Assembly: GCA_016874975.1 (NCBI GenBank) | Contig: VGSQ01000003.1 | Coordinates: 1 to 62,568, forward strand | Direction of reading: 5' to 3' | DNA: 62,568 nt | DNA from: Deltaproteobacteria bacterium | Lineage (GTDB): Bacteria > Desulfobacterota > Desulfobaccia > Desulfobaccales > 0-14-0-80-60-11 | In this document: positions 48,445 through 58,107 of the stretch, one piece after another | Position numbering within the stretch: the first letter of the stretch is position 1 | How the letters are laid out: each line of letters starts with the position of its first letter | Made by a program: the position numbers and the translations under genes | Notes under the pieces: model-generated | Databases searched by the model: none | The model's input: only the letters and a program-made list of their open reading frames with translations | Told to the model about the DNA's origin: nothing

Positions 48445-48459
48445 TTTATTGAGAATAAA
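48445..48459. promoter_or_regulatory. AT-rich palindrome TTTATT-GAG-AATAAA in the fur promoter (Fur-box-like)
   Basis: Read directly, 15-29 nt upstream of the fur ATG. Its resemblance to Fur boxes is only in AT-rich dyad character. Confidence 0.35.
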
Positions 48460-48793
48460 TTGCTATAATATTTTGCCATCGCTTGGCGGCACGGGCGGGA
48501 GAGCCTGCCCCGGGACACCCGGGGGCGGGTGTCCCACACAAGCTGTTTCCGACAGGCGCGCCTGGGTTTTGTTGTCTAGTTCCCAAGCTCCCGCTTGGGA
48601 CCCCCGGCTGGCCCGCCAAGCTCCGGCTGGCCGGAGGACTGCAGCCTAAGATGGGGCAGGGCAAAGGGGCCATAAGGCGCTCCGGCAGAGCTTGGGCGGA
48701 AAAGAGGGTTCCCAAGCGGGAGCTTGGCAAAGAGAAGAGAGCGCGACTGCCCCGCCCTCCCTCACCAACGGCTTTTCCACCCCGAAAGGAGGA

Positions 48794-49543
48794 ATGGACC
48801 AGGTGAAAAGGGAGGCTCCGGCCCCAAGCCTGGAGCGTCGGGAGGCATTGGAGGCCCTGGCCGTCCGTCTGGGGCGCCGGTTCCGGGACCTGGAGCTGCT
48901 GGACCGCGCCCTGCGCCACAGTTCCTACACCAATGAGAACCCGGACACCGGTCCCAGCAACGAACAGCTGGAATTCCTGGGAGACGCGGTGCTGGCCCTG
49001 GCGGCGAGCGATCTGCTCCTCAAGTCCTTCCCCGAAGAGCCGGAAGGGGCGCTCACCCGTCGCCGGGCCGCCCTGGTGAACGCCCGCACGCTGGCCGCGG
49101 TGGCCCGGGACCTGGGTCTGGGGCGGCACCTGCTGGTGGGCCGGGGGGAAGAGCGGCAGGGGGGGCGCCGCAAGCCGTCCCTGCTGGCCGACTCCTTGGA
49201 GGCGGTGCTGGCGGCGGTGTTCCTGGACGGGGGCCTGCGGGCGGCCCAAGCCTGCCTGCGCCGCTGGTTCGCCCCCATGCTCACCGCCGCGGCCCACTCC
49301 CACTGGCAGGACAGCAAGACGGCCCTCCAGGAACTGGCCCAATCCCTCCTGAAAATCCCCCCCACCTACCACCTGTTGGAGGAATCCGGCCCCAGCCACG
49401 CCCGGCACTTCGTCATGGAGATCCGCCTGGGGGGACGGCCCCTGGCCCAGGGCGAGGGGAGCACCAAGAAAGAGGCGGCCCAGGCCGCGGCCCGTCGGGC
49501 CCTGGAGGTCCTGGAGAATGAGGGCCAGGGGTTGGGGGGATGA
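48794..49543 (+). CDS. rnc: Ribonuclease III
   Basis: ATG 48794 (RBS AAAGGAGG). NEQLEFLGDAVL signature, C-terminal dsRBD. Confidence 0.95.
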   Translation: MDQVKREAPAPSLERREALEALAVRLGRRFRDLELLDRALRHSSYTNENPDTGPSNEQLEFLGDAVLALAASDLLLKSFPEEPEGALTRRRAALVNARTLAAVARDLGLGRHLLVGRGEERQGGRRKPSLLADSLEAVLAAVFLDGGLRAAQACLRRWFAPMLTAAAHSHWQDSKTALQELAQSLLKIPPTYHLLEESGPSHARHFVMEIRLGGRPLAQGEGSTKKEAAQAAARRALEVLENEGQGLGG

Positions 49544-49598
49544 TATCGTTTGAAGGCCCGGCGGCCGCTCCCGGAGGGCGGAGGCCGGCCTGGTTCGG

Positions 49599-50330
49599 CT
49601 ATTTACCCCACAGGCCCGCCAGGGCCATCTTGCGGCGCACGAAGGCCAGTTGGCCCTGGAGGGGAATCTCCATGGGGCACAGGTCGTCGCAGGCCATGAG
49701 GCCGATGCAGCCGAACACGCCCTCGTCGGTGCCCACCACCTCGAAGACCTGGGCCGCGGGGCGCTCGTCCCGGGGGTCGATAAGGAACCGGGCGATGCGG
49801 TTCAGGAAGGCCGCGCCCATGAAGTCGGCCCGCATGTTGGCGGTGGCGCAGGCCGCGATGCAGCAGCCGCATTCGATGCAGCGCTCCGCTTCGTAAATGC
49901 TGAGCGCCGTGGGGTTGTCCATGCGTTCTTCCAGACCCTGGGCCTCGAAGGTCTTGTCCGTGTGGATCCAGGATTCGGTGCGGAGACTCAGGTCCCGGAA
50001 CCAGACGCCGGTGTCCACCGAGAGGTCGCCCACCAGCCGGAAGACCGGCAGCGGCATCAGGGTGATCTTGTCCGGCAAATCCTGGGTCAGGGTCTTGCAG
50101 GCCAGGTTGGGCCGGCCGTTGATGAGCATGGCGCAGGAGCCGCACACCGCCGCCCGGCAGACGAAGTCGAACATGAGGGAGGGGTCCTGCTCCTCCCGGA
50201 GCTGATTCAGGGCGATGAACAGGGACATGCCCGGCGTTTCCCGGAGCTGATAGGCCTGCATGCGGGGCGGGATGTTGGGAGTCAGGGGATTGTAGCGGAA
50301 GATTTCCAACGTCAGGAGCCGGTCGGCCAT
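49599..50330 (-). CDS. frdB: Succinate dehydrogenase/fumarate reductase iron-sulfur subunit
   Basis: 2Fe-2S CRAAVCGSCAM, 4Fe-4S CIECGCCIAAC, 3Fe-4S CIGLMACDDLCP. Confidence 0.93.
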   Translation of the reverse strand: MADRLLTLEIFRYNPLTPNIPPRMQAYQLRETPGMSLFIALNQLREEQDPSLMFDFVCRAAVCGSCAMLINGRPNLACKTLTQDLPDKITLMPLPVFRLVGDLSVDTGVWFRDLSLRTESWIHTDKTFEAQGLEERMDNPTALSIYEAERCIECGCCIAACATANMRADFMGAAFLNRIARFLIDPRDERPAAQVFEVVGTDEGVFGCIGLMACDDLCPMEIPLQGQLAFVRRKMALAGLWGK

Positions 50331-50418
50331 CTCTGTCACCTTGCCTGTTGCTGTGCTGAACAATCTGCCGTATGGCGGGATGCGCTCCGCTTGTCCGCCC
50401 TACGGTCTACGGTCCTTC

Positions 50419-52233
50419 TCAATCACCGCTGATGGGCATGCCGCCGTAGCCCCGGTCCCCGGGAGGCAGTTCGGTGATCTTCACGTCCTCGTATTCCAGC
50501 CGGGGGGCCTCGGCGCCTTCGGGCCAGTAAGCCAGGGTGCGCTTCAGCCAGTTCTCGTCGTCCCGGTGGGGGAAGTCTTCCCGATAGTGGCTGCCCCGGC
50601 TCTCGGTGCGGGCCAGGGCGCCGTGCACGATGCACAGGGCCAGGCGCAGCATGCCGGGCAGCCGCAGGGCGGCGAAGAGTTCGGGGTTGGGTCCCAGGCC
50701 GCTGCTGCGCAGGCGCAGATTCTGGCTGCGGCGGTAGAGCTCGGTGAGGGTAAGCAGCGCCTCCCCCAGGGCTTCGCCGGTGCGGAAGATGCCCACCTTC
50801 TCCAGAAGGGTTTCTTCCATGGCTTTTCTGAGTTGGTAGACGTCCTCGCTCCCCCGGGAGCGGCTGCGCAGGTCGTCCAGACGGGCCTGTTGCACCCGGA
50901 CGGCCTCGGCCACCAGCGAGAAGGAGAAGTGCAGGGGATGTTCCCGGACGAAGGCTGTGACCCGTTCGCCCACCACCATGCCGGCGACGATGGTTTCCGC
51001 CAGGGAGTTGCCGCCCAGGCGGTTCAGGCCGTGCAGGTCCCAGCAGGCGGCTTCGCCGGCGGCGAACAACCCGGCCAGGTGATAGGCGTGGCCGTGCTTG
51101 TTGGTGCGGACGCCGCCCATGGAATAGTGCTGGGTGGGCCGGACGGGAATGAGGGCGCTGACGCAGTCGATCCCCAAAAAATTTTCACAGATGGTGTGCA
51201 CTTCCCGCAGGTTGGTGCAGATGTGTTCCTCCCCCAGGTGGCGGATGTCCAGCCAGAGGTGGGGCCCGTAGGGGCTGTCCACGCCGAAGCCCCGGCGCAT
51301 GTGGTGCACCATCCAGCGGCTGACCACGTCCCGGCTGGCCACCTCTTTCTTCACCGGCTCATAGTCGGGCATGAAGCGGTGCAGGTTTTTGTCCAGCAGA
51401 TAGCCGCCGTCGCCCCGGCAGCCTTCGGTGACCAGAATGTTGGCCGGGACGATGCCCGTGGGGTGGAACTGCACGGCCTCCATGTTGCCCAGGGGCACCG
51501 CGCCGGTGTCCAGGGCGATGGCCATGCCCGTGCCCTCGTTGATCACCGCGTTGGTGGAGGCCCCGTAGATGCGGCCGTAGCCCCCCGTGGCGATGACCGT
51601 GGCCTTGGCCAGATAGGGCCGCAGAGTGCCGTCCCGGAGCGAAACGGCCACCGCGCCGCAGCAGCGCTCCCCGTCGTGGATGAGACTGATGGCTTCGGTG
51701 CGGTCGTGCACCGCGACCCCCAGCTTGACCACCACCGAGTCCATGGCGTATTGCAGGACGTGCCCGGTGCCGTCCGCGGCGAAGCAGGTGCGCCACTTGG
51801 CGGTGCCGCCGAACTGGCGCTGGGCGATGAGGCCCGCCTTCTCCTGCAACTCCTCCACCTCCACCCCGTCGGGCAGGGTGCGCTTGCCCGGCGCCACCCG
51901 GGACCAGGGGACCCCCCAGTAGGACATCTGCCGCACGGCCACCGGCGCCAGTTCCACGAACATGCGGGCCACTTCCTGGTCGCAGCCCCAGTCCGAGCCT
52001 TTGACGGTGTCCTCGAAGTGGATGTCGGGGTTGTCGCCGTAGCCCATGGCCACGTTGCCCAACGAAGCCTGCATGCCTCCCTGGGCGGCGGTGCTGTGGG
52101 AGCGGCGGGGCGGCACCAGGCTGAGGATGGTCACCTGATGCCCCTCCTGGGCCGCCTCAATGGCCACCCGCTCGCCGGCCAGACCGGCGCCGATGACCAG
52201 AACATCAGTGATGTGCGCGTCGGACCACTTCAT
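50419..52233 (-). CDS. frdA: Succinate dehydrogenase/fumarate reductase flavoprotein subunit
   Basis: VLVIGAGLAG, covalent-FAD site RSHSTAAQGG, 604 aa. Confidence 0.96.
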   Translation of the reverse strand: MKWSDAHITDVLVIGAGLAGERVAIEAAQEGHQVTILSLVPPRRSHSTAAQGGMQASLGNVAMGYGDNPDIHFEDTVKGSDWGCDQEVARMFVELAPVAVRQMSYWGVPWSRVAPGKRTLPDGVEVEELQEKAGLIAQRQFGGTAKWRTCFAADGTGHVLQYAMDSVVVKLGVAVHDRTEAISLIHDGERCCGAVAVSLRDGTLRPYLAKATVIATGGYGRIYGASTNAVINEGTGMAIALDTGAVPLGNMEAVQFHPTGIVPANILVTEGCRGDGGYLLDKNLHRFMPDYEPVKKEVASRDVVSRWMVHHMRRGFGVDSPYGPHLWLDIRHLGEEHICTNLREVHTICENFLGIDCVSALIPVRPTQHYSMGGVRTNKHGHAYHLAGLFAAGEAACWDLHGLNRLGGNSLAETIVAGMVVGERVTAFVREHPLHFSFSLVAEAVRVQQARLDDLRSRSRGSEDVYQLRKAMEETLLEKVGIFRTGEALGEALLTLTELYRRSQNLRLRSSGLGPNPELFAALRLPGMLRLALCIVHGALARTESRGSHYREDFPHRDDENWLKRTLAYWPEGAEAPRLEYEDVKITELPPGDRGYGGMPISGD

Positions 52234-52249
52234 GCGAAACCTTTATCAT

Positions 52250-52936
52250 TCAAACTTTGACGTTGATGAACAGGAAGACGATGAGGGCGAGAAGACCCAG
52301 GACCACGAAAAACAGGGTGGCATAGATCAGGTGCAGGACAAATTTGTGGCGGTCGTAGGCGCTCCACTTCACCAGAATGCGGTACAGGCCCACCATGGCG
52401 TGAATCTCCGCCACCAGCAACAGCGCCAACAGGAACGAAAAATATCCCCCCTGCACCCGGGCGGCGCTGGTGGCCGCGGCGATGGGCCAGGTGAGCAGGG
52501 CGCTCCAGATATGAATCACCCCCAGCACCAGGACGGCCATGCCGGTGCCGATCTGGACGAGCCAGGCCCAGGTGTCCAGATGCCCCAGGCGGCGGCTGTG
52601 CTGCAGGAAGACGCGGGCCTCCTGAAATTTCCAGGGGGCCTTGCGCATGGCCGCCAGGCCGTGCACGAAGATGGCCAGAATCACCAGGGGGATGCCGATA
52701 TAGGAAATGTAGTGCTCGTCCAGAAACTGGGCATCCTTGTTGAAAGCGGCGGCCCCCAGGATGATGGTGGACACGGCCATGACGTGGAACTGCAGGAAGC
52801 CCAGGAGGAAAACACCGGTAACCAGCTGCACCAGCTCCATGCCGGACTCCCACCGGGGATTCTTGGCCAGGGTCTTTTGGAGGTTCACGGACGCACCTTC
52901 GGGGATGTGGTGAAGTGAAATCCAATTAGTCCTCAT
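52250..52936 (-). CDS. frdC: Type-B (five-helix, dihaem cytochrome b) membrane anchor of succinate:quinone oxidoreductase
   Basis: ATG 52936. Five hydrophobic helices with conserved His. Single-anchor gene order C-A-B as in Wolinella FrdCAB. Confidence 0.82.
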   Translation of the reverse strand: MRTNWISLHHIPEGASVNLQKTLAKNPRWESGMELVQLVTGVFLLGFLQFHVMAVSTIILGAAAFNKDAQFLDEHYISYIGIPLVILAIFVHGLAAMRKAPWKFQEARVFLQHSRRLGHLDTWAWLVQIGTGMAVLVLGVIHIWSALLTWPIAAATSAARVQGGYFSFLLALLLVAEIHAMVGLYRILVKWSAYDRHKFVLHLIYATLFFVVLGLLALIVFLFINVKV

Positions 52937-53208
52937 CCGGAAACTCCCCCTCTGTTGGTGGGAGGGGGTTGGGGGGAGGGGGATCAATAGGGCAACTGGT
53001 CTGTATTGCTAATTTATTTCACCCCCACCCTAACCCTCCCCCATCAAGGGGGAGGGAACAAAACGACTTTCCGGATGAACACCAATTAGAAACTTTATTT
53101 GAGGCCCCGGCCAAAGTCAAGAGGGCTCCGGGAAAAAGTGAAACCCCGGCGCCTTCAGGAAAGACTTGACGCCCGCAGCTTTTTCAGGATATAAACGGAA
53201 ATGGAAAC

Positions 53209-53283
53209 AGGCACGTAGCTCAGGGGGAGAGCACTACCTTGACGCGGTAGGGGTCAGGGGTTCAAATCCCCTCGTGCCTACCA
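53209..53283 (+). tRNA. tRNA-Val (anticodon GAC), CCA encoded
   Basis: Manual cloverleaf: acceptor AGGCACG/CGTGCCT, D arm GCTC/GAGC, anticodon arm CTACC-TTGACGC-GGTAG, T arm AGGGG-TTCAAAT-CCCCT, 75 nt. Confidence 0.93.
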
Positions 53284-53293
53284 GGAATGCGCA

Positions 53294-53326
53294 GGGGTTG
53301 CGGGGGGAGACCGCAACCCCTTTTTT
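53294..53326 (+). terminator. Rho-independent terminator after tRNA-Val
   Basis: GGGGTTGCGG-(7 nt)-CCGCAACCCC followed by TTTTTT. Confidence 0.8.
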
Positions 53327-53922
53327 GTTGAGATGTATCCCGGGGTGCGGTGCGCCTCTTAGAGACCCTGTTTCTCCATGCGTCAGGGATTCCTCCCGGC
53401 CGACGCCTTCGAGGTCCGGCGCCAGCCCTTTTTGCCGTGGTCGGCTGCCGGCCGCAGGCTCGGGCGGAAAATTCACCTTTTTTGACGAACATTGGGGGGT
53501 GGCAGAAAACATTTATTGATTTGGTACGAAAATTGCTTATTATGTAATGGGGAGAGTCATAATTTTTTGCTCTCATAGATTTATCCAGCCCCTGCGCCTC
53601 TCCTCCTGGTTTCCCTGTCCGGGCTCAGGGGAGCATGCTTAACGCCGCTGTTACTCACTGGCCTTCGCCTCTGAGAACCTCAGTGGGACGGAACGGAGAA
53701 TATGCTGGCACTCACACCGCCGCCGGAAAAGCCTCTGACTTCGGGAAGGCACCCGGTTTCCGAAGCACCCGGGCCTCGCCTCCAGCCATCCGCCACAGGT
53801 CCTCCCCGTATCCGTAAGTCTCTGAAAAAGCGCGGGTTGCCGTTACCCCGCCCCCCAGGAGGGAAACCCGGTCTGCGCTGAACCGCGCCGTGGGGTCGTT
53901 CCCCCGGCCGGGAGGAAGAATC

Positions 53923-55338
53923 ATGGCACCTCTGACCAGCATTCAAAATGCCCCCCGCCACGACAAGAGAAATTCCCTGTCCGAGCCCCCCCTGAATTTC
54001 CTGGGACTTACCCATCAGTGGTTGATGGACCAGTTGCCGGAAGGGCTCTTTATCGTCAACACCCGCTGGCAAATCAACTTTTTTAACCACATGGCCCAAG
54101 CCATCACCGGTTTTTCCCGGGAGGAGGCCATGGGCAAGTTCTGTTGGGACATCTTCCGCACCGACCTGTGCCACAAGAGCTGCCCCATGCGGCACTCCAT
54201 GAGCAGCGGAGACACCCTGGTGGACCGGGAAGTGGAGATCACCACCAAGTTGGGGCAGAAGAAACTGGTGCTGGTGAATACAGCCCAGCTCAAGCGGGCT
54301 GACGGCCTGGTAATGGGGGGCGTGGAGACCTTTCATGAGCTGGTGTGCCCCGCAGCCGACATGGTCAACCAGGAAACCTGCTCCATCGGCGATATCGTGG
54401 GCGTCAGCCCCAGGATGCAGGAAATTATCCACAGTCTGCCGGTCATTGCGGCCGCGGATTCCAATGTCCTGATCCAGGGAGAATCGGGCACCGGTAAAGA
54501 GGTGGTGGCCCGGGCCATTCACCTGCACAGCCCGCGGTGCAAAGGCCCGTTTGTGGCGGTGAATTGTTCGGCCATCCCGGACACCCTGCTGGAATCGGAG
54601 TTGTTCGGGCACGAACGGGGGGCCTTCACCGGGGCCGTGGCCAGCAAGCCGGGGCGCTTCGAAATGGCCAAGGGCGGCACCCTGTTTCTGGACGAGATCG
54701 GCGACCTCAAGCCGGAGTTGCAGGTGAAACTCCTGCGGGTCCTGGAGGAACGGGCCTTCATGCGGGTGGGCGGCACACGCAAAATCTTGCTGGAGGCCCG
54801 AATCATCGCCGCCACCAATGTGAATCTCAAGGAGGCCATGCGCCAGGGCAGGTTCCGGGACGACCTCTACTACCGCCTCTTCACCGTGCCCGTCTATCTG
54901 CCGCCCCTGCGGGAAAAGCGGGAGGACATCCCTATCCTGGTGAAACACATCCTGGAGAAGCTCAACCGGAAATTCAACAAGCGCATCAAAGGGGTGGATC
55001 CCAAGGTGATGAAGCTCTTCTGCCGGCACCCCTGGGCGGGCAATGTCCGGGAATTGCAGCACGTCCTGGAATATTGCTTTGTCTTTGCCAAAGGGGCTCT
55101 GATCACCCAACGGCACCTGCCCCGCCTGGAGTCCGCCTGGGTGGGCCGGGAGCTGGACCTGCCCCTGGGCGAGGGCTCCACCGGCCCCCTGGAGGCCCTG
55201 GAGAAGAAAACCATTCTCACGGCCCTGGAAATGACCCAGGGGAACAAGCAGGAAACGGCCCGGATACTGCAAATCAGCCGCAGCAAGCTGTGGCGGAAGA
55301 TGCGCCTCTATCAGATCAGCGAGGTGGATTTCAAATAG
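53923..55338 (+). CDS. Sigma-54-dependent transcriptional activator (PAS - AAA+ - Fis-type HTH, no receiver domain)
   Basis: ATG 53923 (RBS GGAGGA). GESGTGKE Walker A, GAFTGA loop, C-terminal HTH ARILQISRSKLWRKM. The PAS region holds FCWDIFRTDLCHKSCPMRH. Confidence 0.93.
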   Translation: MAPLTSIQNAPRHDKRNSLSEPPLNFLGLTHQWLMDQLPEGLFIVNTRWQINFFNHMAQAITGFSREEAMGKFCWDIFRTDLCHKSCPMRHSMSSGDTLVDREVEITTKLGQKKLVLVNTAQLKRADGLVMGGVETFHELVCPAADMVNQETCSIGDIVGVSPRMQEIIHSLPVIAAADSNVLIQGESGTGKEVVARAIHLHSPRCKGPFVAVNCSAIPDTLLESELFGHERGAFTGAVASKPGRFEMAKGGTLFLDEIGDLKPELQVKLLRVLEERAFMRVGGTRKILLEARIIAATNVNLKEAMRQGRFRDDLYYRLFTVPVYLPPLREKREDIPILVKHILEKLNRKFNKRIKGVDPKVMKLFCRHPWAGNVRELQHVLEYCFVFAKGALITQRHLPRLESAWVGRELDLPLGEGSTGPLEALEKKTILTALEMTQGNKQETARILQISRSKLWRKMRLYQISEVDFK

Positions 55339-55348
55339 GGAAGGTTTT

Positions 55349-55363
55349 TCAATTTCGCGACAT
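55349..55363 (+). promoter_or_regulatory. Candidate activator-binding site 1 (TCAATTTCGCGACAT)
   Basis: Exact 15-nt match to 55478..55492. Near-palindromic core AATTTCGCGACATT. Confidence 0.5.
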
Positions 55364-55392
55364 GGGGCCTGAGAGGATATGGCCCCTTTTTT
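55364..55392 (+). terminator. Rho-independent terminator after the activator gene
   Basis: GGGGCC-(11 nt)-GGCCCC followed by TTTTTT. Confidence 0.7.
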
Positions 55393-55477
55393 ATTGAACT
55401 TTTTCATCCCAAAATGCCCTCTGTTGCAAATACGCTCATTTTGAGGCTCCGCCTTTTTTTCGGAATTAATACGCCGG

Positions 55478-55492
55478 TCAATTTCGCGACAT
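55478..55492 (+). promoter_or_regulatory. Candidate activator-binding site 2 (TCAATTTCGCGACAT)
   Basis: Second exact copy, 129 nt after the first and ~150 nt upstream of the sigma-54 promoter. Confidence 0.5.
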
Positions 55493-55643
55493 TTTCCAGC
55501 AATTTTGTAACTTAATGATATTTCATCTAATTTTATCCATAAATCCTGGAAGTGTTTTAATCCCGCCCATCCTCTGCCCTTTTTTGGCCGGCGCTCCAGC
55601 CCGACTGTCATAATCTGTTACTATTTTCAAGTAGTTATGCAAA

Positions 55644-55659
55644 TGGTCCCGTCCTTGCT
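55644..55659 (+). promoter_or_regulatory. Sigma-54 promoter of the NuoE/NuoF/HdrA-like operon
   Basis: TGGTCCCGTCCTTGCT: GG and GC with the canonical spacing, TTGCT -12 element, 50 nt upstream of ATG 55709. Confidence 0.7.
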
Positions 55660-55708
55660 TTTTACCCCGGCAAAGCTTGAAGTCGATTCAGGGGAGGAGG
55701 ATAAGGAC

Positions 55709-56176
55709 ATGAGCATTTCCTTTAAGAGTCTGGAAACCATCTTGGAACGTCATCCCCCCAGTCCCGAGCATCTCATCAGCGCCCTGCAGGACGTTCAAGC
55801 CCGTTTTCATTACCTTCCCAAGGAAGCCATGACTGCGGTCTGCGACCATCTGGGGGTGCCGGTGTCCCGGGGCTGGGCCGTAGCCACCTTCTACAAATCC
55901 TTCAGCCTGGAACCCCAGGGGGAGCACGGCATCAGCGTCTGTATGGGCACGGCCTGCCACGTGCGGGGGGCCCGCAACCTCTACGACAAGTTCCGTCGCG
56001 ACCTGGGGCTGCCCGGCGAAGAAGGCACCACCCGGGACCGGAAGTTCACCCTGCGCCAGGTGCGCTGCCTGGGATGTTGCTCCATGGGGCCGGTGGCTCA
56101 GGTGGATGAGGAGATCCACGGCAACCTGAACCAGAGAAAAGCGGGTCAGTTGATCAAGTTGTACCGGAAGAGGTGA
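55709..56176 (+). CDS. NuoE/HoxE-type thioredoxin-like [2Fe-2S] subunit
   Basis: ATG 55709 (RBS GGAGGAGG). CMGTACHVRG ... CLGCCSMGP cluster motifs. Confidence 0.9.
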   Translation: MSISFKSLETILERHPPSPEHLISALQDVQARFHYLPKEAMTAVCDHLGVPVSRGWAVATFYKSFSLEPQGEHGISVCMGTACHVRGARNLYDKFRRDLGLPGEEGTTRDRKFTLRQVRCLGCCSMGPVAQVDEEIHGNLNQRKAGQLIKLYRKR

Positions 56177-58092
56177 TGGCGATGCAGATCACGACATTGA
56201 CAGACTTGGAAGCGGTGAAGGCGCGGGGTCTGGCCCAACTCTACCCGGAAAAGCCCAAGATCCTGGTGGGGATGGCCACCTGCGGGATGGCGGCGGGGGC
56301 GCAGCGGGTCCTGGAGACCCTCCAGAAACGGGCCCAGCAGCTCCACTGGGACGGCGCCGTGGAGAAGACCGGCTGCATCGGTTTCTGCTACGAGGAGCCC
56401 CTGGTGGACCTCATCATCCCCGGGCAGCCCCGTCTGACCTACGCCAGGGTGGACCAGGAGTTCGCCGCGGAGATGATGACGGCGGTGGCGGCGGGGACGG
56501 TTCCCGAGGAGAATTTTCTGGCCCGGCTGGACGTGGACGACATGATCCTGGACGGCGGGCCCCGGCGGTTTTACGAGGGGGCTCTCAGCGGCTTCGTGGC
56601 CCAGGCGCCCCGCTATGAAGACCTGGATTTCTTTAAGCTGCAGCGCCACCTGGCCATGCGCAACTGCGGCTTCATCGACCCGGACAATCTGGAGCACTAC
56701 ATCGCCCGGGGCGGTTATTTCGCTCTGCACCGGGCCCTCACCAGCATGACCCCGGAGGAGGTCATTGAGGCCGTCACCGTGGGCGGACTCCGGGGCCGGG
56801 GCGGCGGCGGGTTCCCCACCGGGGTGAAGTGGGCCTCCTGCCGCAAGGCCAAGGGCTGGCCCAAGTATGTGTTGTGCAACGCCGACGAAGGCGACCCCGG
56901 TGCTTACATGGACCGGAGTCTGATCGAGGGCGACCCCCACGCCATTTTGGAGGGCATGCTCATCGGCGCCTATGCCATCGGCTCCACCGAGGGCTATATC
57001 TACGTCCGGGCCGAATACCCCCTGGCCGTCAAGACCCTGCAGCGGGCCATTCTCACGGCCCGGGAGGCGGGTCTGCTGGGGCAGAACATCTTCGGCGCCG
57101 GCTTCAGCTTCGACATCAAGCTCAACCTGGGCGGCGGCGCCTTCGTCTGCGGCGAGTCCACCGCGCTCATGGCCTCCATCGAGGGGAGACCGGGCGAACC
57201 CCGGGCCAAGTATGTCCGCTCCGTGGAGAAAGGCCTCTGGAACCTCCCCTCCAATCTGAACAACGTGGAAACCTGGGCCAACGTGCCCCTGATCATCGCC
57301 AAGGGGGCCGACTGGTACCGGGAGATCGGCACCGAAGGCAGCAAGGGGACCAAGATCTTCTCCCTGGTGGGCCAGGTGAAGAACGTGGGTCTGGTGGAGG
57401 TCCCCATGGGGGTCACCATCAAGGACATGGTCAACCTCATCGGCGGCGGCGTGCCCGAGGCCAGGGAGTTCAAGGCCATCCAGATCGGCGGCCCCTCGGG
57501 AGGGTGCATCCCCCGGGAGCTGTGGGACCTGCCCATCGACTTCGACTCCCTGTGGGACGCGGGCGCCATGATGGGCTCCGGCGGCATGATCGTCATGGAC
57601 AATTCCACCTGCATGGTGGACGTGGCCAAATTCTTCCTGGACTTCCTCATCGACGAATCCTGTGGCAAGTGCATCCCCTGCCGACTGGGTTTGAAACGGA
57701 TGCGGGACATCCTGGAGGAGTTTTCCTCCGGCAAAGGCTCCCTCGCTGACCTGGAAGAGTTGCAGTCCCTCTCCGAAGCGGTGCAGGACGGGGCCCTGTG
57801 CGGTTTGGGCAGCTCGGGGCCCAACCCCGTGCTCACCACGCTGCGCTATTTCCGGGACGAATATGAGGCCCACATCCTGGGGCGCCGTTGTCCGGCGGGC
57901 GTCTGCAAAGACCTGATCACTTACGCCATCAACCAGGAGCTCTGCAACGGCTGCATGGCCTGTGTCCGGGAATGCCCCCAGGGGGCCATCACCGGCGAGA
58001 AAAAGCAGCCCCACCAGTTGGACGCCACCCTGTGCATCAAGTGCGGCGCCTGTTTCGAAGTCTGCAAATTTGGCGCGGTGGAAGTTTCGTAA
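56176..58092 (+). CDS. NuoF/HoxF-type NAD(H)/FMN subunit with N-terminal thioredoxin-like and C-terminal 2x[4Fe-4S] domains
   Basis: GRGGGGFPTGVKW (FMN), ESCGKCIPCRLG (N3 cluster), CNGCMACVRECP and CIKCGACFEVC. The ATG overlaps the upstream stop (TGATG). Confidence 0.93.
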   Translation: MAMQITTLTDLEAVKARGLAQLYPEKPKILVGMATCGMAAGAQRVLETLQKRAQQLHWDGAVEKTGCIGFCYEEPLVDLIIPGQPRLTYARVDQEFAAEMMTAVAAGTVPEENFLARLDVDDMILDGGPRRFYEGALSGFVAQAPRYEDLDFFKLQRHLAMRNCGFIDPDNLEHYIARGGYFALHRALTSMTPEEVIEAVTVGGLRGRGGGGFPTGVKWASCRKAKGWPKYVLCNADEGDPGAYMDRSLIEGDPHAILEGMLIGAYAIGSTEGYIYVRAEYPLAVKTLQRAILTAREAGLLGQNIFGAGFSFDIKLNLGGGAFVCGESTALMASIEGRPGEPRAKYVRSVEKGLWNLPSNLNNVETWANVPLIIAKGADWYREIGTEGSKGTKIFSLVGQVKNVGLVEVPMGVTIKDMVNLIGGGVPEAREFKAIQIGGPSGGCIPRELWDLPIDFDSLWDAGAMMGSGGMIVMDNSTCMVDVAKFFLDFLIDESCGKCIPCRLGLKRMRDILEEFSSGKGSLADLEELQSLSEAVQDGALCGLGSSGPNPVLTTLRYFRDEYEAHILGRRCPAGVCKDLITYAINQELCNGCMACVRECPQGAITGEKKQPHQLDATLCIKCGACFEVCKFGAVEVS

Positions 58093-58107
58093 AAGGAGAA
58101 ACGGGTC

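Noticed and set aside
53706-53720. TGGCACTCACACCGC upstream of the sigma-54 activator gene
   Set aside because: The GG/GC spacing is right, but the -12 element is CCGC instead of TTGC, and it lies 200 nt from the start codon. This is too weak to call without transcript data.
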